Shown: positions 30,960-42,094 of the stretch, one piece after another
Layout: every line of letters begins with the position of its first letter
How positions within the stretch are numbered: position 1 is the first letter of the stretch
Source of the DNA: an uncultured Chloroflexia bacterium
GTDB taxonomy: Bacteria; Chloroflexota; Dehalococcoidia; DSTF01; JACRBR01
NCBI GenBank assembly: GCA_963843685.1
Contig: CAWJLO010000009.1
Location: 11,155 to 75,154, forward strand
Direction: 5' to 3'
Length of the DNA stretch: 64,000 nt
Translations under genes and position numbers: made by a program
The notes under the pieces: model-generated
The model's database searches: none
Told to the model about the DNA's origin: nothing
The model's input: only the letters and a program-made list of their open reading frames with translations

Positions 30960-32132
30960 CTAGAGGCGCTCGAAGATCGACGCGATGCCCTGGCCGCCGC
31001 CGATGCAGAGGCTGACGAGGCCGTACTTCGAGCCGCGCCGCTCCATCTCGTGCATCAGTTTCACGGTCAGGATGGCACCGGTCGCACCCAGCGGGTGTCC
31101 CAGCGCGATGGCGCCGCCGTTGACGTTGACCTTCTCCGGATCGAGCCGGAGGGCGGTGCTGCAGGCGGCGCCGACGGACGCGAACGCCTCGTTCAGCTCG
31201 ACGAGGTCGATCTGGTCGATGGTCATGTTGGCCTTCGCCAGCGCCTTCTGGACGGCGGGGATGGGACCGCTGCCCATGATGGACGGCTCCACGCCCGCCT
31301 CGGCGCGTGCGACCAGCCGCATCTTGGGGGTTGCGCCCAACTCTCTCGCGCGCGACTCGCTCATCACCACGAGGGCGGCCGCGCCGTCGTTGATGCCGCT
31401 GGCGTTGCCGGCGGTGACCATGCCACCGTCCTTGAAGGCCGGCTTGAGCTTGCCCAGCGCCTCCATGGTGGTCTGGCGGGGGTGCTCATCGGTGTCGATG
31501 GTCACCGTCTCCTTGCCCTGCTTCACCTGGACGGGGACGATCTCGTCCTTGAACTTGCCGGCCTTGATGGCGGCAGCGGCCCGTTCCTGGGAGCGCATGG
31601 CGAACTCGTCCTGGGCCGCGCGGGAGACCTCGTACTTTTCGGCCAGGTTCTCGGCCGTCACGCCCATGTGGACCTTGCTGAAGGGATCGCCAAGGAGGTG
31701 GAGGATGCCGTCCTCCAGCACGCCGTTGCCCATTCGGTAGCCGCTGCGGCCCTGGCGGACGTAGTAGGGCATCATGGTCATGTTCTCGGTGCCGCCCGCC
31801 ACGATGGTGGAGGCGTCGCCGACCTGGATGTAGCGGGCGGCGGTGTTGATCGCTTCCAGACCGCTGCCGCAGATTCGATTCACGGTGAGGGCCGGCGCCT
31901 CGATGGGCATGCCGGCCTTGACGGCGGCGTGGCGGGAGATGTAGCCGTCCTCGGCGACCTGGCCGACGCAGCCCATGATCACGTGCTCGACGTGCTCCGG
32001 CTTGAGGCCCGCCCGTTCGACGGCGGCTTTGATGACGAGCGCGCCCAGGTCGGAGGCCGAGAAGTTCGAATAGGCGCCCTGGAACTTGCCGACGGGCGTG
32101 CGCACGCCGCTGACGATGACCACGTCTTCCAT
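30960..32132 (-). CDS. Acetyl-CoA C-acetyltransferase (thiolase)
   Basis: TVNRICGSG, NEAFA, NGGAIALGHPLGATG, SLCIGGGQG. Confidence 0.95.
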   Translation of the reverse strand: MEDVVIVSGVRTPVGKFQGAYSNFSASDLGALVIKAAVERAGLKPEHVEHVIMGCVGQVAEDGYISRHAAVKAGMPIEAPALTVNRICGSGLEAINTAARYIQVGDASTIVAGGTENMTMMPYYVRQGRSGYRMGNGVLEDGILHLLGDPFSKVHMGVTAENLAEKYEVSRAAQDEFAMRSQERAAAAIKAGKFKDEIVPVQVKQGKETVTIDTDEHPRQTTMEALGKLKPAFKDGGMVTAGNASGINDGAAALVVMSESRARELGATPKMRLVARAEAGVEPSIMGSGPIPAVQKALAKANMTIDQIDLVELNEAFASVGAACSTALRLDPEKVNVNGGAIALGHPLGATGAILTVKLMHEMERRGSKYGLVSLCIGGGQGIASIFERL

Positions 32133-32304
32133 GATTGGGACTCCTGTCGTCGCGACGGCGACGTTTCCTAACGGGCGCGGGAGATTGCGATCCGAGTATA
32201 TGAAGGCCGTGCGGAACGCGTCAATCCGATGGCGCGATGGCGATTGACACAGAAGAGGCGCGCCTTTCGACGCGCCGTTCTGTGTAGGTCGCCTGAGGGC
32301 GGGC

Positions 32305-32943
32305 TCAGGCGGGTCCGTGCCGAGGAGTCAGCCTCGCAGCACCTGACTGGTGGTGCGTGATGGCGTTCACGGCGCCACCCGGCTCCCATGGCGTGCCCAG
32401 TGCCGGCAGCAGCCAGCGGTCGACGCCGATCCAGCCTGCGACCTTCCACCCGAGGAGGACGAGGACGGCAAGGATGAACATCACCGGGTTCGTGCTCGCC
32501 GAGCCGGCCATCATGAAGTTGAAGTTCAGCATCGCGCCGCCGAGCGCCGCCAGGCCGGTGAAGGCGCCGATGATGAGGCAGACGCCGACGGTCATCTCGC
32601 CGAAGGCGATGACCCATGCGAACCAGTGGTACCAGCCGTGGTTGTCCATGTAGGTGAGGAACGTCCGGTACCAGTCGTACTTGATGGCCGCGCTACCCGT
32701 CGTCGGAATCGCAATCGCGTGATCCCAGAAGGCCTTGAGGCCGAGCCCGTCCGGGCCCGGCTGGGCGATCCAGCGCTGGTCGCCCCACACCTTGTGGGAG
32801 CCGGCGAGGATCCACTGGTAGCCGAGGTAGACGCGCACGAGCAGCCACAACGGGGCGAGCCACGTGTTGCCGAAGACCGCCTTGATCGCGCTGGGGTCGT
32901 GCAGCTCCTTCTTCTCGAACGCCTTAGTGAAGAACGCCATCAC
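32305..32943 (-). CDS. DoxX family membrane protein (TQO small subunit DoxD-like)
   Basis: WLLVRVYLGYQW, IAFGEMTVG, LNFNFMMAGSASTNP, GWIGVDRWLLP. Confidence 0.85.
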   Translation of the reverse strand: MMAFFTKAFEKKELHDPSAIKAVFGNTWLAPLWLLVRVYLGYQWILAGSHKVWGDQRWIAQPGPDGLGLKAFWDHAIAIPTTGSAAIKYDWYRTFLTYMDNHGWYHWFAWVIAFGEMTVGVCLIIGAFTGLAALGGAMLNFNFMMAGSASTNPVMFILAVLVLLGWKVAGWIGVDRWLLPALGTPWEPGGAVNAITHHQSGAARLTPRHGPA

Positions 32944-33140
32944 GCCCCTCCTTCGTGGTCACTGAAGACCCGCTCCGTGACGGCCTCGCCGATGCCCCAC
33001 GCGGCGATGACGCCAGCGAGGATGGGGAGGAACATCAGTACCTGGTTCTTGTCTCCCATGTTGAATGCGATGAGCACCGCCAGACCCGCAACCGCGGCCC
33101 AAGCGACGACTCCCAGCACCAGAGCTGTCAGCTTCGACAT
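32940..33140 (-). CDS. Small two-TM membrane protein
   Basis: 66 aa, AAGGAGG RBS, overlaps doxX start. Confidence 0.7.
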   Translation of the reverse strand: MSKLTALVLGVVAWAAVAGLAVLIAFNMGDKNQVLMFLPILAGVIAAWGIGEAVTERVFSDHEGGA

Positions 33141-33290
33141 GGTGCCCTCCTTTCGTTATCTGCTTCTTCACTCGTGAATCTTTTCCGTCCTGTGCATTGT
33201 CTTCGCGACGGGGATCCGCTCCTAGGGACGATCGACTCCAACGTGCGGGACCATACGGCTCCGCCGGGGTATCCGGTTGGCGGAGGCGGA

Positions 33291-33494
33291 CTAGGGCTCC
33301 GAGGGGGCTGAATCGGGGTTCGAGGGGCCAGATTCGTATCCAGGGCAGTGGAGGACGGGGAGCCGAGGGTACTTCGGATAGCGGCGATCGTCCCGGGAGC
33401 GTTCACAGAGGAGGAACACGGAACCACGGGCGTTTGCGACGTTCCGAGCGTGCAGGCAGGCCGGGCAGAGGCCCCTTACGGGGTCGAGCTTCAT
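33291..33494 (-). CDS. Small Cys-rich (CxxC...C...C) hypothetical protein
   Basis: MKLDPVRGLCPACLHARNV...FLLCERS...YPKYPRLPVLHCPGYE, tail of ORF 33291-34319. Confidence 0.6.
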   Translation of the reverse strand: MKLDPVRGLCPACLHARNVANARGSVFLLCERSRDDRRYPKYPRLPVLHCPGYESGPSNPDSAPSEP

Positions 33495-33514
33495 GATGTC
33501 AGTGTACGACGCGA

Positions 33515-34259
33515 TCAGCGGCCCTCGAACCGGGGAGGGCGTTTCTCCAGGAAGGCGCGGACTCCCTCGGCCCGGTCGGCCGTCGTCTGCAGGATGACGG
33601 TGAGATCGGTCTCGTAACGCAGCGCCTGATCGAGCGGCATGTCGAGGCCGCGGGAGATGGCTTCCTTCGCATAGCGCAGGGCCAGCGGCCCGCGGCTGGC
33701 GAGGACGCGAGCGAGCCGATCGGCCTCTGCGTCCAAGCCCGCGCGATCGGCGGCGACGAAGTTCACCAGCCCCCAGGCTAGCGCCGTCTCGGCCGTGATC
33801 GCGTCGCCCAGAAGCATCATCTCGGCGGCGCGCGCTCTGCCGATGAGGCGCGGCAACCGCTGGGTGCCGCCGAACCACGATTCGACGTGGGAAGCGAGCG
33901 GCATCGCGAAGCGCGCTCCGGCGTGCGTGAGGCGCACGTCGCAGGCGAGGGCGAGCTCGAGGCCGGCGCCTGAAGCATCGCCGGCCAGCACCGCGATCAC
34001 GGGCTGTGGCAAGAGCTCGAGGCAACGGAACGGGAGCCGGTCCGGAGGTGGCCGGCGATCCGGCCCAGCCGTCCGAGAAGACGTCGCCCTCGGTGGCAAG
34101 CTGGACGACCGAAATGTCGGGCTGGCCGGCGATCGTGGCGGCCACGGTGTCCAATTCGTCGAGAAGCAGCTCAGCGATGGGGTTGCCGTCATCCGGCCGG
34201 TTGAGGCGGATGACGGCCAGGGGGCCATCGAATGAGAGGGTGAGCGTCGCGAAGGGCAT
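33515..34259 (-). CDS. Enoyl-CoA hydratase/isomerase family (frameshift ~34050)
   Basis: VIRLNRP, PVIAVLAG..GAGLELALACDVR, GGTQRLPRLIG, EGVRAFLEKRPPRF. Confidence 0.88.
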
Positions 34260-34472
34260 CTGCGCGATCATAGCAGGCGGCTCCGGCCAGACGGGGCTGG
34301 CGCGGGAGACCACGGGCACTACCGGAATCCACGCTCATCGGCCACCACGCGGGGATGGGCGCTGGCTGGCAGCCAGACTTCGTTTTGCGCAGCCGGAGGG
34401 GCCCTCTACCTACCGCTCGGACAACGTACACTGGAAGGTGTACCGGCGCCCGCCGGTCAACAGGAGCAAACG

Positions 34473-34982
34473 ATGAAGGTACTCGCGACGTTCGACGGAT
34501 CCGACTACTCCGAGTCGATCATGCAGCAGCTTACGACGATCGCCGGGCTGGCGCCGTCGGAGTTCATCTTCCTGGCCGTGGCGCACGAGCCACACGGGCG
34601 GCTCTCGCAGCTTTCGGGCGTGCATCCGGAGGGCACGGGCGAGGTGCTTGGTTCGCAGCCGGTCACCGTCGGAGTGCCGGATCCTCGTTGGGCCGAGAAC
34701 AAGGGCCAGGCGATCGAACGCAGGCGGGCATCGCTGGAGGATTACCTCTCTGAGCTGGGGACGAGGCTGCCCCAGGCGAGCAAGGTCGAGGTAAAAGCGA
34801 TCATTGCCGACCACCCCGAGAGGCAGATCATCGAGGAGGCGCGCGAACGTGGCGTCGACGTCATCGTCATGGCCACGCACAGCCGCGGGCCGATCGCGCG
34901 GGCGCTGTTCGGCTCCGTGACGGAGCAGGTGGTGCGGTCCGGCGTGGCGCCGGTGCTGGTGGTGCACCCACAGGAGAAGTAG
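34473..34982 (+). CDS. Universal stress protein
   Basis: KVLATFDGS, DVIVMATHSR, FGSVTEQVVRSGVAPVLVV. Confidence 0.9.
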   Translation: MKVLATFDGSDYSESIMQQLTTIAGLAPSEFIFLAVAHEPHGRLSQLSGVHPEGTGEVLGSQPVTVGVPDPRWAENKGQAIERRRASLEDYLSELGTRLPQASKVEVKAIIADHPERQIIEEARERGVDVIVMATHSRGPIARALFGSVTEQVVRSGVAPVLVVHPQEK

Positions 34983-34994
34983 CGCCGTCGACGG

Positions 34995-35372
34995 TCAGCG
35001 GCCCGTCGGGATGAACTTGCGCTCGGGCGACGAGAAGACGATGAAGGCGCGGACGGGCTCGCCGCCTTCGTTCAGCAGGCGGTGGGGCACACCGCGCGGC
35101 ACGACGATGAGGTCACCGGCGCGGAGCGTCGTCCGCTGGTCGCCGAGGGTGTGGACGACCTCGCCGTCCAGCACGTAGACCACTTCCTCACAATCCGGGT
35201 GCGTGTGCTCGACGTTGCTCTTGCCGGCGTCGAACACCGCCAGCCCGACCGTCTGCTCGGCGCCGAGCGGATCGCCGGCACGCGCGGCCCAGTGCACGCT
35301 GCCGAAATCGGCGGATTCGGCGGCGGAACCGACGTCACGGCGCACCTGCGTCTCGATCGGCGGCACGTTCAT
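34995..35372 (-). CDS. Cupin domain protein
   Basis: HTHPDCEEVVYVLDGE and GDLIVVPRGVPHRLLN cupin motifs. Confidence 0.88.
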   Translation of the reverse strand: MNVPPIETQVRRDVGSAAESADFGSVHWAARAGDPLGAEQTVGLAVFDAGKSNVEHTHPDCEEVVYVLDGEVVHTLGDQRTTLRAGDLIVVPRGVPHRLLNEGGEPVRAFIVFSSPERKFIPTGR

Positions 35373-35389
35373 GCTCGGTGCTCCCTCTC

Positions 35390-36868
35390 TCAGGCGCGGC
35401 GGAGCATGCGGCCGGCACGCGCGTCGGTCTGGCGGCCCTGGTCGACGGCGACGGCGCCGTTCACGACGACGTAGTCGATGCCGGCAGGGTATTGTCGCGG
35501 CTCGGTGTAGGTGGCGACGTCGGCGATGGTCTCCGGGTTGAAGACGACGACGTCGGCGAAGGCGCCGGGGCGGAGCTCGCCTCGATCGGCGAGCAGGTGC
35601 GTCTTCGCCGGGAGTGACGTCATCTTGCGCACCGCCTCTTCGAGGCTCAGCAGCGGCTGCTCGCGGACGTACTGCTGGATCGTGCGGGCCATGGTGCCGT
35701 AGAGGCGCGGGTGCGGCTTGCCTTCGGACGGGAGGCCGTCGGAGCCGATCATGCTGTACGGATCGCCGACGACGCGACGGACGTCGTCCTCCTCCATGAC
35801 GAACATGATGACGCTCGGTGAGTTCTCCTCGTCGTGCAGGATCTTGCGGATGGCGTCGCCGATCGGCAGGTCCATCTCCTGGGCGATGTCGGAGATGTAG
35901 CGTCCCTCGTACTTCTCGTGGTCGTACTTGACGCTGGCGATGATGGCGGGGACGGCCTCGAACGCGGCCTCGCGGCCGACGCGGAACATCGCGGCGAGGC
36001 CGGAGGACGAGGCGACGTACGGGTAGACGTCCTGCGACACGCTGACGCCCCGCGCGCGGGCTTCGGCGATGAGGGCCAGCGACTGCTTCGTGAGGCCGTA
36101 GGCGCCGGGGCCGCCGGCCTTGTGGTGCGAAAGCTGGACGTGGCAGCCGGCCTGCTCGCCGATGGAGATCGCCTCGCGGACGGCCTCCAGCAGGCCGAGG
36201 CCCTCGTTGCGGATGTGGCTGGTGTAGATGCCGCCGTGCTTCGCCACGACCTTCGCCAGCTCGACGATCTCGGGCGTCTGGGCGTAGGTGCCAGGGACGT
36301 AGACGAGGCCCGTCGACATGCCGATCGCGCCGGCGCGCATGCCCTCCTCGACCAGCTCGCGCATCGCGGCCAGCTCGTCGTCGGTCGGGGGGTCCTTCTT
36401 GAGGCCGACGACGTTGTAGCGGACGACGCCCTGCGGGACGTAGGCGGCGACGTTGCACGCGGGGTGCGCCTCATCGACCGCGGCGAAGTACTCGCTGACG
36501 GTGGACCAGGGCATGGCGCATTCGCCGAGGATGGGGGCGAAGCCGACGGCGTAGTACTGGCGGAAGGCGTCGTTCGCGGGGGCGACGCCGGCGCCGCAGT
36601 TGCCGGCGACGTCCGTCGTGACGCCCTGCATGATCTTGAAGTCGACGCGGGGGTCGCGGACGACGGCGGCGTCGTCGTGCGTGTGGACGTCGATGAAGCC
36701 GGGCGCGACGGCGTGGCCGCGGGCGTCGATCTCGCGCTTCGCGGTGCCAGCGACGGCACCGACGGCCGCGATGCGGTCGGCCGCGATCGCGAGGTCGCCG
36801 GGGTGAGGCGTCGCACCGGTGCCATCGACGATGCTGCCGTTGCGGATGATGAGGTCGTAGTCGGGCAT
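35390..36868 (-). CDS. N-acyl-D-amino-acid deacylase (D-aminoacylase) family amidohydrolase
   Basis: PGFIDVHTHDD, GNCG, GMSTGLVY, SHIRNE, PHPRLYGT. Confidence 0.9.
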   Translation of the reverse strand: MPDYDLIIRNGSIVDGTGATPHPGDLAIAADRIAAVGAVAGTAKREIDARGHAVAPGFIDVHTHDDAAVVRDPRVDFKIMQGVTTDVAGNCGAGVAPANDAFRQYYAVGFAPILGECAMPWSTVSEYFAAVDEAHPACNVAAYVPQGVVRYNVVGLKKDPPTDDELAAMRELVEEGMRAGAIGMSTGLVYVPGTYAQTPEIVELAKVVAKHGGIYTSHIRNEGLGLLEAVREAISIGEQAGCHVQLSHHKAGGPGAYGLTKQSLALIAEARARGVSVSQDVYPYVASSSGLAAMFRVGREAAFEAVPAIIASVKYDHEKYEGRYISDIAQEMDLPIGDAIRKILHDEENSPSVIMFVMEEDDVRRVVGDPYSMIGSDGLPSEGKPHPRLYGTMARTIQQYVREQPLLSLEEAVRKMTSLPAKTHLLADRGELRPGAFADVVVFNPETIADVATYTEPRQYPAGIDYVVVNGAVAVDQGRQTDARAGRMLRRA

Positions 36869-36878
36869 CTGCGCCTCC

Positions 36879-37973
36879 TCAGCTCAGGTCGACCGGCCGG
36901 CCGGTGCGGGCGGACTCGTAGATCGCGTCGACGACCTCGTGAGCGTAGAGCGCGACGTCGAAGTCGAGCCAGCTCTGGCGGTCCTCGCTGACGGCCTTGA
37001 GGAACGTGTAGTCCTCGAGCAGGTACGCCTGGCCGAGGTTGTGGGGGAGGACGGCCTCGCGCAGCCGCTGGTCGGTCACGCCAGCGCTGGCGATAAACCG
37101 GTCGACCACTTCCTGCGACGAGATCTCGCTGACGCCGCCGGCCGTGTTGGTGTCGCAGCGGATGGGGCCGGCGTAGTCGTCGTCGTCCCAGCGGTACTGC
37201 GCGTTCTCGCAGATGACGTGCATACGGCGGCTGGAGCCGCGGTGCAGGACGTTGTGCCAGATGGAGGTGTGCGTGGCGACAGCGCCGCTCTCGAACTCGA
37301 GCATGGCGCTGCTGAGATCCTCGACACCCTCGCGTTCCGCGAAGTAGCGCGTGACGCCGTGCGCGCGCTTCACGCGGCCGAAGTAGGAGATGAGGACGTC
37401 GATGTCGTGGATGGCGTGCTCGAGCAGTGTTCCGGCGCCGACCAGCTTCGCGTCGCCGCGCCAGGTGCTTGCGTAGTGGCCCTGTATCGGGAAGAACTGG
37501 TCGTCGACCATCACGCACGTCATCGGGCGGCCTGACGCGGGGTCGTTCAGCAGGTCGCGCGTGACGGTGACCACGGGCGAGAAGCGCATGACGAGGCCGA
37601 CCTGGTGCGTGACGCCGGCGGCCTTCGCGGCGTCGCGCATGATGCGGGCGTCGTGGGCGTTGAAGGCGAGCGGCTTCTCACAGAAGAGCGCCTTGCCGCG
37701 GCCCAGGACGTCCCGCGCCAGCTCGACGTGATTGAACGTGGGCGTGCAGACGTAGACGGTGTTGATCTCGGGCGAGGCGATCAGCTCATGGGCGTCGGCG
37801 GTGACCACGCGAGCGCCGGACGCCTCGGCGAAGCGGGCTCTGCGCTCCGGATCGGGTTCGGCGATGCCGACGAACTCGCCATCGATCAGCCCCGACTTGA
37901 AGCAGAAGTGCGTGGTCTTGCCGTGGGCGGTACCCATGACCCCGGCGCCGATGATGCCGACCTTCGGGCGCAT
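36879..37973 (-). CDS. Gfo/Idh/MocA family oxidoreductase
   Basis: VGIIGAGVMG, VCTPTFNH, CEKPLA, GTLLEHAIHDID. Confidence 0.9.
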   Translation of the reverse strand: MRPKVGIIGAGVMGTAHGKTTHFCFKSGLIDGEFVGIAEPDPERRARFAEASGARVVTADAHELIASPEINTVYVCTPTFNHVELARDVLGRGKALFCEKPLAFNAHDARIMRDAAKAAGVTHQVGLVMRFSPVVTVTRDLLNDPASGRPMTCVMVDDQFFPIQGHYASTWRGDAKLVGAGTLLEHAIHDIDVLISYFGRVKRAHGVTRYFAEREGVEDLSSAMLEFESGAVATHTSIWHNVLHRGSSRRMHVICENAQYRWDDDDYAGPIRCDTNTAGGVSEISSQEVVDRFIASAGVTDQRLREAVLPHNLGQAYLLEDYTFLKAVSEDRQSWLDFDVALYAHEVVDAIYESARTGRPVDLS

Positions 37974-38036
37974 GCCGCGGCTCCTCTCGCTGTGTGACAG
38001 CGTATCGGCCAAGGCTGCGAGGGAGTAGGCGCGGGC

Positions 38037-38468
38037 TCAGTCGCGGGGCTCCCACCGCCAGCGGGGCAGCTCGCGCACGACGGCCGCGCTGAGCTTCGCG
38101 AAGAGCGCGTCCACGTCGATGTTCTTCAGCAGCCACTCGTCGGCGCCGGCGAGGCGGGCGGCGCCCCACATTTCGGCATCGAAGAAGGCGTTGTGGACGA
38201 CGACGAGCGGCCGAAGCGCCTCCGGCTCGGCGGCCAGCGCCGACACGACGTCCAGGCCACCGCCGTCTTCGCGCCGCGTGTCGATGAGGACCGCGTGCGG
38301 GGCGTGATCGCGGACGAGGCGCAGGGCGTCATCGCGAGAGGCCGTCGCGCCGACGACGTGGATGCGTCCGTCCGCGTGCAGACGGCGGACGAGCGCCTCG
38401 CGCGCGCGATCGTGATCGTCGACGACGACGAGCTTCAGGCTTCGGACGTGCGGCTGCTGGCCCGGCAT
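38037..38468 (-). CDS. Single-domain response regulator (receiver only)
   Basis: LVVVDDH, AVLID, GADEWLLK; no output domain. Confidence 0.75.
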   Translation of the reverse strand: MPGQQPHVRSLKLVVVDDHDRAREALVRRLHADGRIHVVGATASRDDALRLVRDHAPHAVLIDTRREDGGGLDVVSALAAEPEALRPLVVVHNAFFDAEMWGAARLAGADEWLLKNIDVDALFAKLSAAVVRELPRWRWEPRD

Positions 38469-38541
38469 ACGCGGATGCTATCGGTCACGAACTGTGACGC
38501 GGATGGGCCGAACGGCGGTTTTAAGGGCGGACGGGCGGCCC

Positions 38542-39303
38542 CTACAGCGTCCCCAGAAGGGAATAGCCGCCATCGACGAGGAGGGTCTGGCCGACGATCA
38601 TGCTCGCCGCGGGCGAGGCGAGGAAGGCGACGGCTTCGGCGACGTCCTCCGGGTGCACGTGGCGGCCGGCGGGCACCTTCGCGCCGTAGTCGCCGACCAT
38701 CTCCTGGTCGAGCATGCGCACGCCGTCCGTGCCCTCGACGAGGCCGGCGGAGACGGCGTTGACGCGGATGCCGCGGGGCGCCAGCTCGACGGCCAGGTAG
38801 ACGGTGAGCGACTCGAGGGCGCCTTTCGAGACGCCGACGGGGGCGTACTTCGGGAGATAGCGGTCGGCGCCGGGGCTCATCATATTGATGATGGCGCCGC
38901 CGTCGCTCATGAACTTCACGGCGGCCTGCGCGGCGAACCACGGGCCGAAGACGTTGACGTCCATCGTGTGCTTGAGGTGCTTGGGGAGCGAGTCGATGGC
39001 GGCGCGGGGCCGCTCCAGACCGCGGGCGGCGCTGTTCACCAGCACGTCGATGCGGCCGAACTGCTCGCCGACGCGGTCGACCATCTCGAACACGGACTCC
39101 CGCTGGCCGACGTCGCACTGGTACGCCTCGGCGCGCACACCGAGCGCGCGCAGCTCGGCGAGGGCGGCGTCGGCGTGCTCCTGGCTGCGGGAGTAGTTGA
39201 CGGCGACGGCCGCGCCCTCGGAGGCGAGCTTGAGCGCGATGGCCTTGCCGATGCCGCGCGTGCCGCCGGTGACGAGCGCGACCTTGCCGGTGAATCGGGG
39301 CAT
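38542..39303 (-). CDS. SDR oxidoreductase, FabL-like enoyl-ACP reductase
   Basis: TGGTRGIG, VNSAARG, RYLPKYAPVGVSKGALESL. Confidence 0.85.
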   Translation of the reverse strand: MPRFTGKVALVTGGTRGIGKAIALKLASEGAAVAVNYSRSQEHADAALAELRALGVRAEAYQCDVGQRESVFEMVDRVGEQFGRIDVLVNSAARGLERPRAAIDSLPKHLKHTMDVNVFGPWFAAQAAVKFMSDGGAIINMMSPGADRYLPKYAPVGVSKGALESLTVYLAVELAPRGIRVNAVSAGLVEGTDGVRMLDQEMVGDYGAKVPAGRHVHPEDVAEAVAFLASPAASMIVGQTLLVDGGYSLLGTL

Positions 39304-39411
39304 GGGTGATGAGTCTGTCAGTCTCTCAGCGCCTCAGCTAGTCAGTCCTTCGGCCGGTGAGTTATACCGCACGCCCTCGGCGGCCGTCCGCGGCCGTGCG
39401 ATACTCCAGAC

Positions 39412-40162
39412 ATGACGCTAGAAGGACGCGTGGCGCTGGTGACGGGGGCGGGCGGCCAGGGGATGGGCCGTTCTATTGCGCTGACGCTCGCGCGGGACGG
39501 GGCGGACGTGGCTGTGAACTACCGGCGCAATCGCGACGGCGCCGATGAGGTGGTGCGCGCGATCGAGGCGATGGGGCGGCGGGCCCTCGCCGTGCAGGCG
39601 GACGTCGGCGACGCGGCCGCGGTCGATGCGATGGTGGCGGCTGTCGTCGAGCGATTCGGCAAGGTCGACATCGTCGTCAACAGCGCGGGCGGGCCGTGGA
39701 AGCCGCAGGACGTGACGGAGATCGCGCCGGAGCACCTGCGCGCGGTGCTGGCGCAGGAGGTCGAGAGCGTGTTCTACCTGCTGCGGGCGACGCTGCCGGG
39801 GATGCGCGAGCGGGGGTGGGGGCGGATCGTGAGCATCGGCGGGCACGGGGCGGACGACTGGCGGTATGGGCCGCCGGAGGCGCCACTCGACTACCCGCTG
39901 GGCAAGGCGTCGAGGCACTGGATCACGCGCACGCTGGCGCCGCGCGAGTCACAGTACGGGATCACGATCAACGCGGTGGCGCCGGGGCCGACGGAGCGCG
40001 TTTCGGCGCGAGGAGGCGCTGGCGGCGGTGCGAGGTGAGCGGAGGCCGCACGACGGCAACACGCCGCAGGACATCGCGGAGGTGGTGGCGTTCCTGTGTT
40101 CGGACGCGGCGGCGCGGGTCACGGGGGCGGTGGTGCCGGTGCCGGGGGCGACGGCGGTGTAA
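39412..40162 (+). CDS. SDR oxidoreductase (frameshift ~40003)
   Basis: TGAGGQGMG, VNSAG, YPLGK, NAVAPG; tail TPQDIAEVVAFLCS in second frame. Confidence 0.85.
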
Positions 40163-40165
40163 CGT

Positions 40166-41137
40166 TCAGCCAACCATCGTCACGAGATTCCGCAGCTTCT
40201 TGCCGTGGGCGAAGCGCTGCAGGTTGTCGAGGAAGATCGACATCGAGCGCTCCATGTTCAGCGGCGAGAAGCCGGAGTTGTGGGGCGTCAGCACGACGTT
40301 CGGCATGTCCCACAGCGGGCTCGTCTCCGGCAGCGGCTCGACGGTGAAGACGTCGAGGCAGGCGCCGGCGATGCGGCGCTCGCGCAGGGCGTCGATCAGG
40401 GCCGCCTCGTCGACGACGCGGCCGCGGGCGATATTGATCAGCGTGGCGGTGGCTTTCATCGCCCGCAGCTCCGCCTCGCCGATCAGTCCCTCGGTTTCTT
40501 TCGTCAGCGGGCAGGCAAGGACGACGAAGTCGCAGCGCTTGAGCATCGCGTGAAGCCGCCGCGATGGGAGCATCTCGTCGACATAGCGGGCGGGCTTGGC
40601 GGAGCGGCGCACACCGAGCACCGTCATACCGAATGCCTGGGCGAGACGGGCGACCTCGCCGCCGATCGCGCCCGTGCCGACGATGCCGACTGTCTGGCCG
40701 GTCAGCTCGGCCGTATGGATCTGCTTCCACTCGCGACGGGACTGTTGCGCGCGCCAGTCGTCGACGCGCTTGGCCGTGTGCAGCATCATCGCCAGCACGT
40801 ACTGGGCGATGGACGGGGCGGAGGCGCCGGAGGAGTTCGTGAGCAGCGTGCCGCGATCGATGAGCACCTTGAAGGCGGGCGAGTCGGTGCCGGCGCTGAA
40901 CGTGTGGAACCAGCGCAGCCCTTCGAGCCGGAAGACGACGGGGAGGACGGTGCGGCGCAACTCCTCCTCCTGCCAGAGGTCCTCGGAGAAGCAGCAGACG
41001 TCGGCCTTCGCGGCGTCGCCGCTCCAGCGCAGCTCGCCGGATTCGACGGACGGCACGATGAGCTTCGCACCCGGCGCGATCTTGCGGATGCGGGCGCCGT
41101 ATTCGCGCGAGACGCGGGGTGAGGCGACGATCTGCAT
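40166..41137 (-). CDS. D-2-hydroxyacid dehydrogenase family
   Basis: VGIVGTGAIG, LINIARGRVVDE, LDVFTVEPLP, TPHNS. Confidence 0.92.
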   Translation of the reverse strand: MQIVASPRVSREYGARIRKIAPGAKLIVPSVESGELRWSGDAAKADVCCFSEDLWQEEELRRTVLPVVFRLEGLRWFHTFSAGTDSPAFKVLIDRGTLLTNSSGASAPSIAQYVLAMMLHTAKRVDDWRAQQSRREWKQIHTAELTGQTVGIVGTGAIGGEVARLAQAFGMTVLGVRRSAKPARYVDEMLPSRRLHAMLKRCDFVVLACPLTKETEGLIGEAELRAMKATATLINIARGRVVDEAALIDALRERRIAGACLDVFTVEPLPETSPLWDMPNVVLTPHNSGFSPLNMERSMSIFLDNLQRFAHGKKLRNLVTMVG

Positions 41138-41176
41138 GGCACGAACAGGGTAGCCCGGACAGGAGCCAGAGTGTAG

Positions 41177-42076
<900 letters not shown>

Positions 42077-42094
42077 CAGCAGGGCCTCCGGCCG

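Noticed and set aside
38525-38545. Second GTAG REP copy
   Set aside because: Overlaps an SDR stop codon and has a poor hairpin; no RAYT transposase nearby
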